Assembly (NCBI GenBank): GCA_023150835.1
Contig: JAKLKB010000015.1
Coordinates: 1 to 64,000 of the forward strand
Origin: Myxococcota bacterium
GTDB taxonomy: Bacteria; Myxococcota_C; UBA6777
DNA length: 64,000 nucleotides
Direction: 5' to 3'
The position numbers and the translations under genes were made by a program. Each line of letters begins with the position of its first letter. Positions within the stretch are counted from its first letter, which is position 1. A model generated the notes under the pieces. That model worked only from the letters and a program-made list of their open reading frames with translations, ran no database searches and had not been told where the DNA came from. Shown one piece after another: positions 55,142 to 64,000 of this stretch.

Positions 55142-56239
55142 TCAGCGTTGGGGAGAGCGCGCAGGAGGCGCGATCGATGCACCGCCGTTGCGCAGGCTTT
55201 GCACCAGCCGCTCCAACGGGGCGCGTGATGTTTCACGGAACAACACTTCTGCATTCGGACTGCCGGGCGCTCGCTCCATACGATGGCAAAATAGATACGG
55301 CCCTAACTTTTGCACATCCTCGGGACTCACATAATCCCGACCGTGTATAGCTGCTCGCGCTTGCAAGGCTGGCAACGCCAACACCAAGCTCCGTGTCGAG
55401 ATCCCCTGCAACACCCGACGATCTCGACGGATCTCTTGGGCGAGATCCACCAAAGCTTCGCGGATCGGCATCGAGACCTGCACACCACGGGCGATCGCCT
55501 TGCGGCAAGACAAGATATCCTCACGCGAAACGGGATCCAAAGTCGGGCGTGCGATCCGCGCATTTTTTAGTTGCAAAGCCAGCACTTCCATCTCGGACTC
55601 TCGATCGATGTAGTTCATCGGGATCTTGAACAAAAAACGATCGAGCTGTGGTGTCGGCAACGGATAGGTTCCCGTGACGTCCAACGGGTTTTGCGTGGCG
55701 ATCACAAAAAACAAATCATCCAACGGATACAAACGCCCATCCGCTGTCACTTGTTTCTCACCCATCGCTTCCAACATCGCGGCTTGGACTTTGGGCGGAG
55801 TTCGGTTGATCTCGTCCGCAAGCAAAAGGTGCGTAAACACAGGTCCCGGATTGAACGAAAAAGTTCCTGTTTGCGGTTGAAACACCGAAACACCCGTGAT
55901 ATCCGAAGGCAATAGATCTGGCGTAAACTGTATCCGCCGAAACGTAGGAAACTCCGTCTTTTCGCTCTGGATCGAACGCCCCAACGCTTTCGCCAAAGTC
56001 GTTTTTCCACTCCCTGGATAATCCTCTAACAGCACATGGCCATCCGCCAACAACGCCACCAACACCAACTCGATCACGTCATCGCGCCCCAAGATCGCCT
56101 GACGAAGATGCGCCCCGATCCCGCCAAATACCCGCCGCGTCAACTCCAACATCAAACGCAATTCTTCGGCACTTGCTTGTCCTGTGGATTCGTTTTGACC
56201 CCACGAAAACGACGCGCCGCTTGCGTAGCCCATCTCCAT
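55142..56239 (-). CDS. MoxR family AAA+ ATPase
   Basis: HVLLEDYPGSGKT, RIQFTPDLLPSD, LLADEINR, ATQNP, QLDRF. Confidence 0.95.
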   Translation of the reverse strand: MEMGYASGASFSWGQNESTGQASAEELRLMLELTRRVFGGIGAHLRQAILGRDDVIELVLVALLADGHVLLEDYPGSGKTTLAKALGRSIQSEKTEFPTFRRIQFTPDLLPSDITGVSVFQPQTGTFSFNPGPVFTHLLLADEINRTPPKVQAAMLEAMGEKQVTADGRLYPLDDLFFVIATQNPLDVTGTYPLPTPQLDRFLFKIPMNYIDRESEMEVLALQLKNARIARPTLDPVSREDILSCRKAIARGVQVSMPIREALVDLAQEIRRDRRVLQGISTRSLVLALPALQARAAIHGRDYVSPEDVQKLGPYLFCHRMERAPGSPNAEVLFRETSRAPLERLVQSLRNGGASIAPPARSPQR

Positions 56240-56434
56240 GCTCTGCGCCTTTCTTCTTTCGAAGCCTCTTGTGTTCGAGCGTATCGCATCGGGTGGCTCG
56301 ATTCGACCATCACCCCGCACTACGCTCCGCCTTCATCCCGCCCAATATCGCCTTCTGCTCCCACCTCGTCAACTCTGCTCCACCAAAAGCCGTGATACGA
56401 TATCCAAGTGATGCGTACACAAAGAATAGCGCAC

Positions 56435-56470
56435 AGACGCCCTTATGGTTGGGCAGTGGCTGCCCCTACG
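56435..56470 (-). repeat. GTAG-type REP-like palindrome, internally shortened copy
   Basis: Minus strand cgtaggggcagccactgcccaaccataagggcgtct. Confidence 0.7.
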
Positions 56471-56566
56471 TCTTTACGATAGAACGATGGGCGGATTTCG
56501 TATGAGGTGGTTTTCAAGCGACGCAAACGCGGCTTTTTTGGCTCACGGCGTCACTCCGAACCACCC

Positions 56567-58795
56567 TTACGTCGCGGAGGTCGGCACGTGGCCGTGACGT
56601 TCTTTGAGATCGACAAAAAGCTGCTCACACCGCAAGAACGCATCCACCACCACAGGATCAAAGTGTTTTGCATATTCGCGCAACAACATCCCCTTGGCCT
56701 CCTCGTGCGTAAAAGCACGCGGACGGTACACACGCACCGATGTCACGGCATCATAAACATCTGCAACCGTCACGATCCGCGCTGCAAGCGGGATATCGTC
56801 ACCACGCAAACCTTGCGGATACCCTTTGCCATCGAAACGCTCGTGATGACACAAGGCGATCAATTGCGCCATCTTCAAAAAGTCCACTCCTTCGAGGACT
56901 TCTGCACCGATGGTCGTGTGCGTCTTCATGATCTCGTACTCTTCCTCCGACAAACGCCCCCCCTTCAACAAGATATGATCTTCGATCCCGACTTTTCCGA
57001 TATCATGCAACGGACTCGAATCGAAGATCTCCCGAATAAACAAGTCATCCACTTGTTTTTGATATGGCGAATATGGAGCCGCCAGATCTTCCGCAAGCAC
57101 CCGACTATAATGGCTGATCCGCCGAAGGTGCGCTCCCGTCTCATCGTCCCGTTTTTCCGCAAGCTGCGCCAGTTTTGACATCGCCACTAGCTGCGTGCGT
57201 TGCCGATCCAAAAACTCCCGAACGATGCTGATCTGAAATCCCAGCGTCACCGAATAAGACATCAAGATCGCCGCATCTGTCCGTTGCACAGGACGGCCAT
57301 AATTAAACAACACCAAACGACCAATACTCCCCGTCATCGCATGTAACGGGCAGCACACAAAGTTGGCGATATGACCCCCCAAAATCCGCAATAACTCTTG
57401 GGGGGGAGGCGGAAGCTGCGAAAGATGCAAGTCCGAAGGCAACCCGATCTGATTGAAGATCACCCCTCCTGAACGTGCCGGAAACAGAATCGAAAGCTCT
57501 GGACCCGGAATTAGCGGAGCCATCACCACCACTCGCTGCATCGCATCACGCCCAAAAACCGTCACACGCAGCCGCGTCCCTTCTTCGCGCAACACCAACG
57601 CATACGGCGGCAATCGATCCCCTGCACGCCGCGACAACATCCGATCCAACGTCCGACGAAACAACTCTAACTCTCGCGGTTCTTCCATCCGAAAATCCAG
57701 CAATAGCTGCTCATTAAATTGCGCGATCTCGATGTGCTGTTGAAAAGATTCCCGTAGCTCCGCTTCTGCCAAGCGTGCGCCCAACATATAACCCACTTTT
57801 TGCGCGATCAGCGCCAGAAGATCCTTCTCCAATCCCTGCAAGGTCTCAGGATTCAAAAAGTACATCCCCAGCACGCCCAAAAATTGTTGGTGGCTGTCAC
57901 GGATCGGCTGCCCCCAAAATGTGACGTCCCGCATCATCAACTCGGGATAATGACGAGCCACTTCTTCCGCTTCCATCGTCACCACACGCTGCTTTTGCTG
58001 CACCTGCATCTCTGGCTCGTTCGCCCCCCATTCAAGGGCTTTGTAGCCTGCTGCCGCACTCAATCGCAGACCCGACGAAAACACGCTGATCCGCAAAGCT
58101 TCCACACCCAAGATCTTGCGCAAACGTTGACACAAAGTATTCAAAAAGCCCTCGGTGTCTGTGTTTGGCACGATGCTCACATCATAAAGCTCGGAGATGA
58201 CGCGGTTTTGATATTCAAGCTGGCGGTTTCGCGTGTGCAACTCTTGCGCAAGACGCTTGTTTTGAACGCGCAAGCGGCTCTGTTCCGCCACCCGATCCAA
58301 TGTCAACGAAAGATCCGACATTGTAGATGTCTTCAACAAATAGCCCGAAGCACCCCATTTGACCGCCTCGATCGCACGTTCCTCTGTCGAATAGCCCGTC
58401 AAGATCACCACCGCTTGCTCGCTGTCACGTGCGCGGATCTTTTGCAACAACGACAGTCCGTCCACCTCGGGCATCAACAGATCACTCACCACCACATCGC
58501 ACCACGCTTCATCCAACCATTCCAGCGCTTCCATCGCGCTTTGCGCGACGTGGACCTCCCACCCCTTGCGCCGCAAATAACGTCCCCATGGCTCCATCAC
58601 ATCGCGATCATCGTCCACCAACAACACGCGATAAGGCCCCTCATACATCGCACGATGCTCGACCGTCACCGACCGACTTGACACGACTACTTCGGAAAGC
58701 TCGCCGCTTGACGGCAACACCTCCAAAGAAACGGACTCTGCTCTCTTTTCGCTCACCCGATCCTCTTCCGTCTGTGATGTCTTTAGCATCGCCAC
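56567..58795 (-). CDS. Response regulator with REC, GAF-like middle region and HD-GYP phosphodiesterase (RpfG-like)
   Basis: LLVDDD, VVSDLLMP, ILTG (REC); ETGAH, LHDIGK, HHERFDGKGYP, ADVYDA, RVY (HD-GYP). Confidence 0.92.
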   Translation of the reverse strand: MAMLKTSQTEEDRVSEKRAESVSLEVLPSSGELSEVVVSSRSVTVEHRAMYEGPYRVLLVDDDRDVMEPWGRYLRRKGWEVHVAQSAMEALEWLDEAWCDVVVSDLLMPEVDGLSLLQKIRARDSEQAVVILTGYSTEERAIEAVKWGASGYLLKTSTMSDLSLTLDRVAEQSRLRVQNKRLAQELHTRNRQLEYQNRVISELYDVSIVPNTDTEGFLNTLCQRLRKILGVEALRISVFSSGLRLSAAAGYKALEWGANEPEMQVQQKQRVVTMEAEEVARHYPELMMRDVTFWGQPIRDSHQQFLGVLGMYFLNPETLQGLEKDLLALIAQKVGYMLGARLAEAELRESFQQHIEIAQFNEQLLLDFRMEEPRELELFRRTLDRMLSRRAGDRLPPYALVLREEGTRLRVTVFGRDAMQRVVVMAPLIPGPELSILFPARSGGVIFNQIGLPSDLHLSQLPPPPQELLRILGGHIANFVCCPLHAMTGSIGRLVLFNYGRPVQRTDAAILMSYSVTLGFQISIVREFLDRQRTQLVAMSKLAQLAEKRDDETGAHLRRISHYSRVLAEDLAAPYSPYQKQVDDLFIREIFDSSPLHDIGKVGIEDHILLKGGRLSEEEYEIMKTHTTIGAEVLEGVDFLKMAQLIALCHHERFDGKGYPQGLRGDDIPLAARIVTVADVYDAVTSVRVYRPRAFTHEEAKGMLLREYAKHFDPVVVDAFLRCEQLFVDLKERHGHVPTSAT

Positions 58796-58856
58796 TCCCC
58801 ATCACTCGTTTGCAAAAGCCTCTTTTTCGATCCAATAGGCGTTACACATTCGATAA

Positions 58857-58977
58857 GTTTTGTGGGGCTTTGCCCCATACCCCACAAGGGAACCCTGCTC
58901 CCTTGACCCCGTATCAGCGGGACAAACAGACGTTTTTCAAACAAACAACAGCTCCGCTTGATGTACCACGAACACGG
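58857..58977 (-). repeat. Palindromic intergenic element homologous to 11731..11918
   Basis: Minus strand gtgttcg...gcgg.gctg...gtttgaaaa...cccgc...acggggtcaaggg...cccttgtgggg..tggggcaaagccccac. Confidence 0.85.
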
Positions 58978-59065
58978 GGGGGCTTATCAACAATTCGCTC
59001 CTAGGACAACAAAGAAAGTCGAAACAACAGTACGACAACTGCTTACAAAAACACAAGATGCCACC

Positions 59066-60268
59066 TCAGCAAAGATCGACCGCTCGCTGCGCCGCGACGT
59101 AACGATCCAAACGGGCGTAGTCTTGGCCGAGCACGATGCTTTGATAGGCTTTATCGCTTCCAAACAGCGACAACGCCGCCTGCCCCTGTTGAGAACCGAT
59201 CTCCACCAACAACCACCCCTGCGGCTTCAAAAACCTCGGAGCTTCCCGCACGATCCGACGCACGATGTCCAAACCATCCTCTCCAGCCTCCAGCGCCAAA
59301 TGCGGCTCATAATCACGCACCTCACGTTGAAGGCCCGCCATCTCATCCCTTCGGATGTACGGCGGGTTTGACACGATTAGATCAAAAGACTGCCCTTCCA
59401 CCGACGACCACAGATCCCCTTCGACAAGACGGATCCGCTGCGAAAAGCCCAAGGCTTCGATGTTTTTGCGCGCAACCTCCAAGGCTCCAACCGAGATATC
59501 CGAAGCCCACACCGTCGCCCTCGGAAACTCGCTCGCCAACGCACACGCCAACGCACCCGAACCCGTACACAAATCCAAAAACCGCCATTCTTTCAACCGA
59601 ACACGACTCTCTTTTTCCTTTGATGATTCGATTTGCTCCGACGCTTCGGCTTGTTCGATGCCTGCGTTTTCGTCCGATGCTTCGGCTTGTTCGATGCCTG
59701 CGTTTTCGTCCGATGCTTCGGCTTGTTCGATGCCTGCGTTTTCGTCCGATGCTTCGGCTTGTTCGATGCCTGCGTTTTCGTCCGATGCTTCGGCCTGTTC
59801 GGCGGTGTTTGTGTGGGAAGCTTCTTTTGATCGTGCCGAAAGATCAGGCTGTTGCTCGTTCCAACGCAAGACCTTTTTGGGGCGGGTTGATGTGAAAGCC
59901 TCGGAAAATTCGATCTCTCCAGACACAGAAGCCCGAAGGCGGCGACAAGCTTCTTCGACAAGGCACTCTGTTTCGGGGCGAGGGATCAAAACACGAGGAT
60001 CGACGGCGAATGTCAGCGACCAAAACTCTTGGGTTCCCAAGATGTATTGGGTGGGTTCGCGGCTGGTTCGACGTTTTAAAAGGGCCTTGTATCCGGCCAA
60101 TTCTTCTGCGGTAAGGGGTTTCTGATATCGTAGATACAAGTCGACCCGCGACATCGCCAACGAATGCCCCAACAACAGTTCTGCGGTACGTTTTGGAGCG
60201 TCGATCTCGTTCTTTTTCAGGTAGGTAGCGCTCCACTCCAACACCTTCCCAACGGTCCAATCCAACAT
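59066..60268 (-). CDS. prmC: Release factor glutamine methyltransferase with an internal ~110-aa repeat-bearing insertion
   Basis: EPTQYILG, VLIPRPETE, LDLCTGSG, SNPPY, YEPHLAL; directly downstream of prfA. Confidence 0.95.
   Translation of the reverse strand: MLDWTVGKVLEWSATYLKKNEIDAPKRTAELLLGHSLAMSRVDLYLRYQKPLTAEELAGYKALLKRRTSREPTQYILGTQEFWSLTFAVDPRVLIPRPETECLVEEACRRLRASVSGEIEFSEAFTSTRPKKVLRWNEQQPDLSARSKEASHTNTAEQAEASDENAGIEQAEASDENAGIEQAEASDENAGIEQAEASDENAGIEQAEASEQIESSKEKESRVRLKEWRFLDLCTGSGALACALASEFPRATVWASDISVGALEVARKNIEALGFSQRIRLVEGDLWSSVEGQSFDLIVSNPPYIRRDEMAGLQREVRDYEPHLALEAGEDGLDIVRRIVREAPRFLKPQGWLLVEIGSQQGQAALSLFGSDKAYQSIVLGQDYARLDRYVAAQRAVDLC
59637..59802 (-). repeat. 36-bp coding tandem repeat, about 4.5 copies (ENAGIEQAEASD)
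   Basis: tccga(c/t)gcttcggcttgttcgatgcctgcgttttcg at 59637, 59673, 59709, 59745, partial at 59781. Confidence 0.95.
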
Positions 60269-60269
60269 C

Positions 60270-61373
60270 TTAGCGTTCCTCGGCCATCGAAGTGGCCCCT
60301 GCTTTGAGCATCTCAGCCTGCATCGAAGAGGTGAGCGGCTCGATCATGTCCTGTAATGCGCCGTTGACCACTTGATCCAACTTGTACAAAGTCAACGAGA
60401 TGCGGTGATCCGTCACGCGGTTTTGTGGGAAGTTGTAGGTGCGGATCTTTTCCGAACGATCGCCCGATCCGATCTGAGAACGCCGCATCGCCGTCTCTTC
60501 GGCCTTTTTGCGTTCGAGTTCCATATCGTACAACCGCGAGCGCAAAACGGTCAGCGCTTTGGCTTTGTTCTTGTGTTGAGACTTTTCGTCTTGGCAAGTC
60601 ACCACCAACCCCGTCGGCAAGTGCGTGATCCGCACCGCCGAATCGGTGGTGTTGACGCTCTGTCCGCCCGGTCCGCTCGAACGATACACATCGATCTTCA
60701 GGTCTTTCTCTTCGATCTGGACGTCGACTTCTTCTGCTTCGGGCAAGACCGCCACCGTCACCGCAGAAGTATGCACGCGCCCTTGTGTTTCCGTCGCTGG
60801 AACCCGCTGAACGCGATGCACACCGCTTTCCCACTTCAATCGCGAATACACACGATCCCCTTGGATCTGTGCGATCACTTCCTTGTATCCGCCCAAGCCC
60901 GTCTCGTTGGCATCCAAGATCTCGACCCGCCATCGCATCCGCTCTGCATAACGCAGATACATCCGAAACAGCTCTGCCGCAAACAAGGTCGCTTCATCGC
61001 CCCCCGTGCCCGCTCGGATCTCCAAGATGACGTTGCGTGCGTCGTTGGGATCTTTCGGCAACAACAAGATCTGCAAACGCTCGCTCAATCTCTCCAATTC
61101 ACCGCGTGTTTGCTCGATCTCTTCGCGGCACATCGCCAACAACTCACCGTCGCTCTCGGTTTGCTCCATCTGTTGGGCATCCTTCAACGCCTGTTCCGTT
61201 TCGCGGTACGCACGAAACACGCTCGTGATCTCCCTGATCTCGGCGTGTTCACGGCCAAGCTTTTGCTGAAGCTCGCGATCCTCCCAGATATTTGGGTCTG
61301 CCAGATCGCGTTCGATCTTCTCGAACTTTTGCTCAACGCCCTTCAATTGTTCCACCAACGCTGTATTCAACAT
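60270..61373 (-). CDS. prfA: Peptide chain release factor 1
   Basis: EIRAGTGGDEA, PAT (PxT) motif, GPGGQSVN, RTYNFPQ. Confidence 0.98.
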   Translation of the reverse strand: MLNTALVEQLKGVEQKFEKIERDLADPNIWEDRELQQKLGREHAEIREITSVFRAYRETEQALKDAQQMEQTESDGELLAMCREEIEQTRGELERLSERLQILLLPKDPNDARNVILEIRAGTGGDEATLFAAELFRMYLRYAERMRWRVEILDANETGLGGYKEVIAQIQGDRVYSRLKWESGVHRVQRVPATETQGRVHTSAVTVAVLPEAEEVDVQIEEKDLKIDVYRSSGPGGQSVNTTDSAVRITHLPTGLVVTCQDEKSQHKNKAKALTVLRSRLYDMELERKKAEETAMRRSQIGSGDRSEKIRTYNFPQNRVTDHRISLTLYKLDQVVNGALQDMIEPLTSSMQAEMLKAGATSMAEER

Positions 61374-61577
61374 CGCTCGTCACCTTTCTAAGAAAGAAAT
61401 ACCCCGACTGTACGCCAACGCAAAAGGTCACGCGCCTGTCGACGGCTCAAGTTTCGATGATTTGGGAGATTTGGAGAAAGAAAAGAAAAAAAGCCCGAAC
61501 GGGCCGAGGGGAAGGGCTAGTGTTCGGAGAGTCTCACAAGAGGGCAGAAGCTCACAGACCGATGCGCTGCTGACGAC

Positions 61578-61605
61578 TTGACAGCAAGGCGTGTCTTTCT
61601 ATACT
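61578..61605 (+). promoter_or_regulatory. Putative sigma70 promoter for the POT transporter
   Basis: TTGACA-16 nt-TATACT. Confidence 0.55.
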
Positions 61606-61836
61606 GCGGTCTTTTCATCAAGGGCCTCCATCCGTCCTTCGCTCTGCGATGATCTCCATGCGAACGGCTTTCTGCGTACCACACACGGATCGCGAACGCA
61701 CGTTAAGAGACAAACCAACACTTGTCAACCCAAACTTTCGTCAGCTTCGGTGTTTGCTGCACTTGTCTGCACCACGATACCTCGGCCACCAAGCCGCTCG
61801 AACCGCCCACTCTCGACAGAAAGGAATTACTGCTTC

Positions 61837-63669
61837 ATGAAGCCTGTCAAACAAAGCCAGCCACCCGGCCTTTACGTCTTGTTTTTCGCAGAGGCATGGG
61901 AACGCTTTTCGTATTACGGTATGCGCGCTCTGCTTGTTCTCTACATGGTTGGACACCTCGACTTTGACAAGAACCAAGCTCTTTCGGTCTATGGGACTTA
62001 TACGGGCCTTGTTTATCTGACTCCCGTGTTGGGGGGCTATCTCGCAGACCGCTTTTTGGGGGCACGCAAGGCCATCCTGATCGGCGGGATCATCATGGCA
62101 TTGGGCCATCTCGCGATGGCCTTTGAGAGTATGCTCTATCCCGCCCTGACGTTGCTGATCATCGGAAACGGCTTCTTTAAGCCCAATATCTCGACGATCG
62201 TCGGCGGCCTCTACGAAGAAAAAGACGCACGCCGCGACGGTGGATTCGCGATCTTTTATATGGGCATCAACCTTGGGGCATTCTTTTCTCCCCTTGTCTG
62301 CGGCTCTTTGGGACAACAATACTACGAACTCACCCTTTTTGGGACCAAGATGCAGATCGGCGGATGGCACTGGGGCTTTGGAGCCGCAGGGATCGGTATG
62401 ATCATCGGCCTGCTCGTCTTTCTTGCCGGGCAGCGCTTCCTTGGCACCATCGGATTCCCTCCCCACATCACGAATCCCACCGCAGAAACACGACTTAACG
62501 CCAAAGACTGGCGCGATATCTTCTTGATGGTGATCGCGGCTTGTCTTGTGACGGCGGCGGTCATGCCTTTGTGGGAACCCACCAGTTGGGTCGTTCGCTT
62601 GATCCTCGGACTCGTTTTGATCAGCGTCTTTTTCTTCGGATGGACCGACGAATCTGGCTCACAACAGCACCATCACCAAGCCGAACAGCCCACACTCACC
62701 AAAGAAGAAACCGACCGCATCGTCTACATCCTCATGATGTGTGTGCCGATCATCGTCTTTTGGCTCGGCTTTGAACAAGCAGGCGGAACCTTTAACCTCT
62801 TTGCTCAAAACAACACCGCCCTCCCCCGCTACGCATACTGCGCCGCCAAAGAATCCAAAAAAGTCAAAGAATCCAACCTCTTCAACCTTAAACTCATCGG
62901 TCAAACCGAGTCTTTCAAGCGCGGTGAACAAAAGAAAAGCGCAAAAGATCCCAACCAAAAACCAACAGAACACTACAAGCCCAAGATCAAGTGTCTTCCA
63001 AGCGCTCCCCCCCAAGCCATCGCAGCCACCACCCCCAAGATCACTTGCCCCGCCAACGAAGTCGCCAAAGTCTGGGAGATGCCCGCCTCCTACTTCCAAT
63101 CGCTCAACCCGATGCTGATCATGCTACTCGCTCCGCTGTTTTCGCTGATGTGGCTGCGGATGGGCAACTGGAAAAAGCCCCCCTCCGTCACCACCAAGAT
63201 GTCTTTTGGCGTCCTGTTCTTGGGGATCGGCTTTATCATTATGTTCGCTGGAGCGGCCTTTACCGCTCATGGGCGTGTCAATCCAATGTGGCTTGTCGGC
63301 GTCTATTTCTTCCACACCGTCGGCGAGTTGTGCTTGTCACCTGTCGGCCTTTCGATGGTCACCAAGGTCGCTCCCTTGCGCCTTGTCTCCTTGATGATGG
63401 GCGTCTTCTTCGCTGCCACCGCCAGCGCCAACTATCTCGCTGGGAACCTCGAACAACTCCTCGACAAAGAGATGATCGCCGGTCCCATCGACCTGATCAG
63501 CGTCAAGATCGTCGCTCTCTTGGGCATCTCTGAAAATGCCCTCACCTGCGAGATGTACGGATTTATGCGCATCAGCGTCTTTGTTACCGTCCTTTCTGTT
63601 GTCTCTTTCGTCTTCTTCCTCCTCACCCGCAAAGTCGTTGAACGCCTCTCACACGGACGCTCCGCCTGA
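61837..63669 (+). CDS. Proton-dependent oligopeptide transporter (POT/PTR, MFS)
   Basis: EAWERFSYYG (ExxERF), GGYLADRFLG, GNGFFKPN, FYMGINLG, FQSLNP, GELCLSPVG. Confidence 0.95.
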   Translation: MKPVKQSQPPGLYVLFFAEAWERFSYYGMRALLVLYMVGHLDFDKNQALSVYGTYTGLVYLTPVLGGYLADRFLGARKAILIGGIIMALGHLAMAFESMLYPALTLLIIGNGFFKPNISTIVGGLYEEKDARRDGGFAIFYMGINLGAFFSPLVCGSLGQQYYELTLFGTKMQIGGWHWGFGAAGIGMIIGLLVFLAGQRFLGTIGFPPHITNPTAETRLNAKDWRDIFLMVIAACLVTAAVMPLWEPTSWVVRLILGLVLISVFFFGWTDESGSQQHHHQAEQPTLTKEETDRIVYILMMCVPIIVFWLGFEQAGGTFNLFAQNNTALPRYAYCAAKESKKVKESNLFNLKLIGQTESFKRGEQKKSAKDPNQKPTEHYKPKIKCLPSAPPQAIAATTPKITCPANEVAKVWEMPASYFQSLNPMLIMLLAPLFSLMWLRMGNWKKPPSVTTKMSFGVLFLGIGFIIMFAGAAFTAHGRVNPMWLVGVYFFHTVGELCLSPVGLSMVTKVAPLRLVSLMMGVFFAATASANYLAGNLEQLLDKEMIAGPIDLISVKIVALLGISENALTCEMYGFMRISVFVTVLSVVSFVFFLLTRKVVERLSHGRSA

Positions 63670-63715
63670 TCTCAACACTTCCTTACCAACCCTGCACGAT
63701 ACATGGGAGCGCGTG

Positions 63716-64000
63716 ATGGCCGACCTCTTGAAGCTTGAAGAAAAGCTACAGCTTCACACCAAACATCGCGAGGTGATCTGGGAAACCCCCGACCACCTTG
63801 ACGATCCCCTACCCATCCTTTCTGCCGACGAGATCGAGCTTCGCTTCTATGAGCAGTTTTTCTTTGGCCGCGATCTCGAACCCTACCCTGTCCAAGAAGA
63901 AGCCTTTGGAGCGATCTTCCAAGGCGAAAACGCCCTCATCACCGTCCCCACAGGCACAGGCAAAACCATGATCGCCAAAGCAGGGATGTACAAAGCCCTG
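63716..64000 (+). CDS. DEAD/DEAH-box (Ski2/HelY-like) helicase, 3'-truncated; absent from the ORF track
   Basis: Own translation: MADLLKLEEK...LEPYPVQEEAF...LITVPTGTGKTMIA (Q motif plus Walker A). Confidence 0.85.
   Translation, partial: MADLLKLEEKLQLHTKHREVIWETPDHLDDPLPILSADEIELRFYEQFFFGRDLEPYPVQEEAFGAIFQGENALITVPTGTGKTMIAKAGMYKAL

Noticed and set aside
61520-61562. Glycine-riboswitch-like GGAGAG...GAAG segment
   Set aside because: The remaining aptamer core is missing and it lies upstream of the predicted promoter.

Overview
Chromosomal window from a Myxococcota-like (deltaproteobacterial) genome, inferred from gene content. I see no rRNA, tRNA, transposase, integrase, phage or cas genes. 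Left arm: a giant repeat-rich unknown protein (truncated by the window), a bacterial dynamin-like GTPase, an ABC1/UbiB kinase, a beta-CASP RNase with an unusual duplicated C-terminus, an Rrf2 regulator, an alpha/beta hydrolase, frameshifted prfB and a secreted Zn-metalloprotease. Centre (17.8-33.4 kb, minus strand): a single-block Agl-Glt-type envelope machinery (unknown exported protein, gltC-D-E-F-like, aglR-Q-S-like motor, gltG-like) followed by a beta-barrel plus short OPX polysaccharide-export pair. Right arm: HEAT protein, Zn-ribbon protein, LpoA-like lipoprotein, grpE-dnaK-dnaJ, an orphan CcmD-like gene, MoxR-DUF58-transglutaminase-TPR running into holB-ricT-tatD, a REC/HD-GYP protein, prfA-prmC, a POT transporter and a partial Ski2-like helicase. 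The most interesting signals are: the Agl-Glt/polysaccharide-export linkage; an AglQ-like subunit with Asn at the proton-carrying Asp position; four KH-like units at the beta-CASP C-terminus; a RicT with a ~600-aa R/G-rich repeat tail; pervasive in-frame tandem repeats in housekeeping proteins; and at least two dispersed palindromic repeat families. All family calls come from motif recognition by eye, not from database searches.
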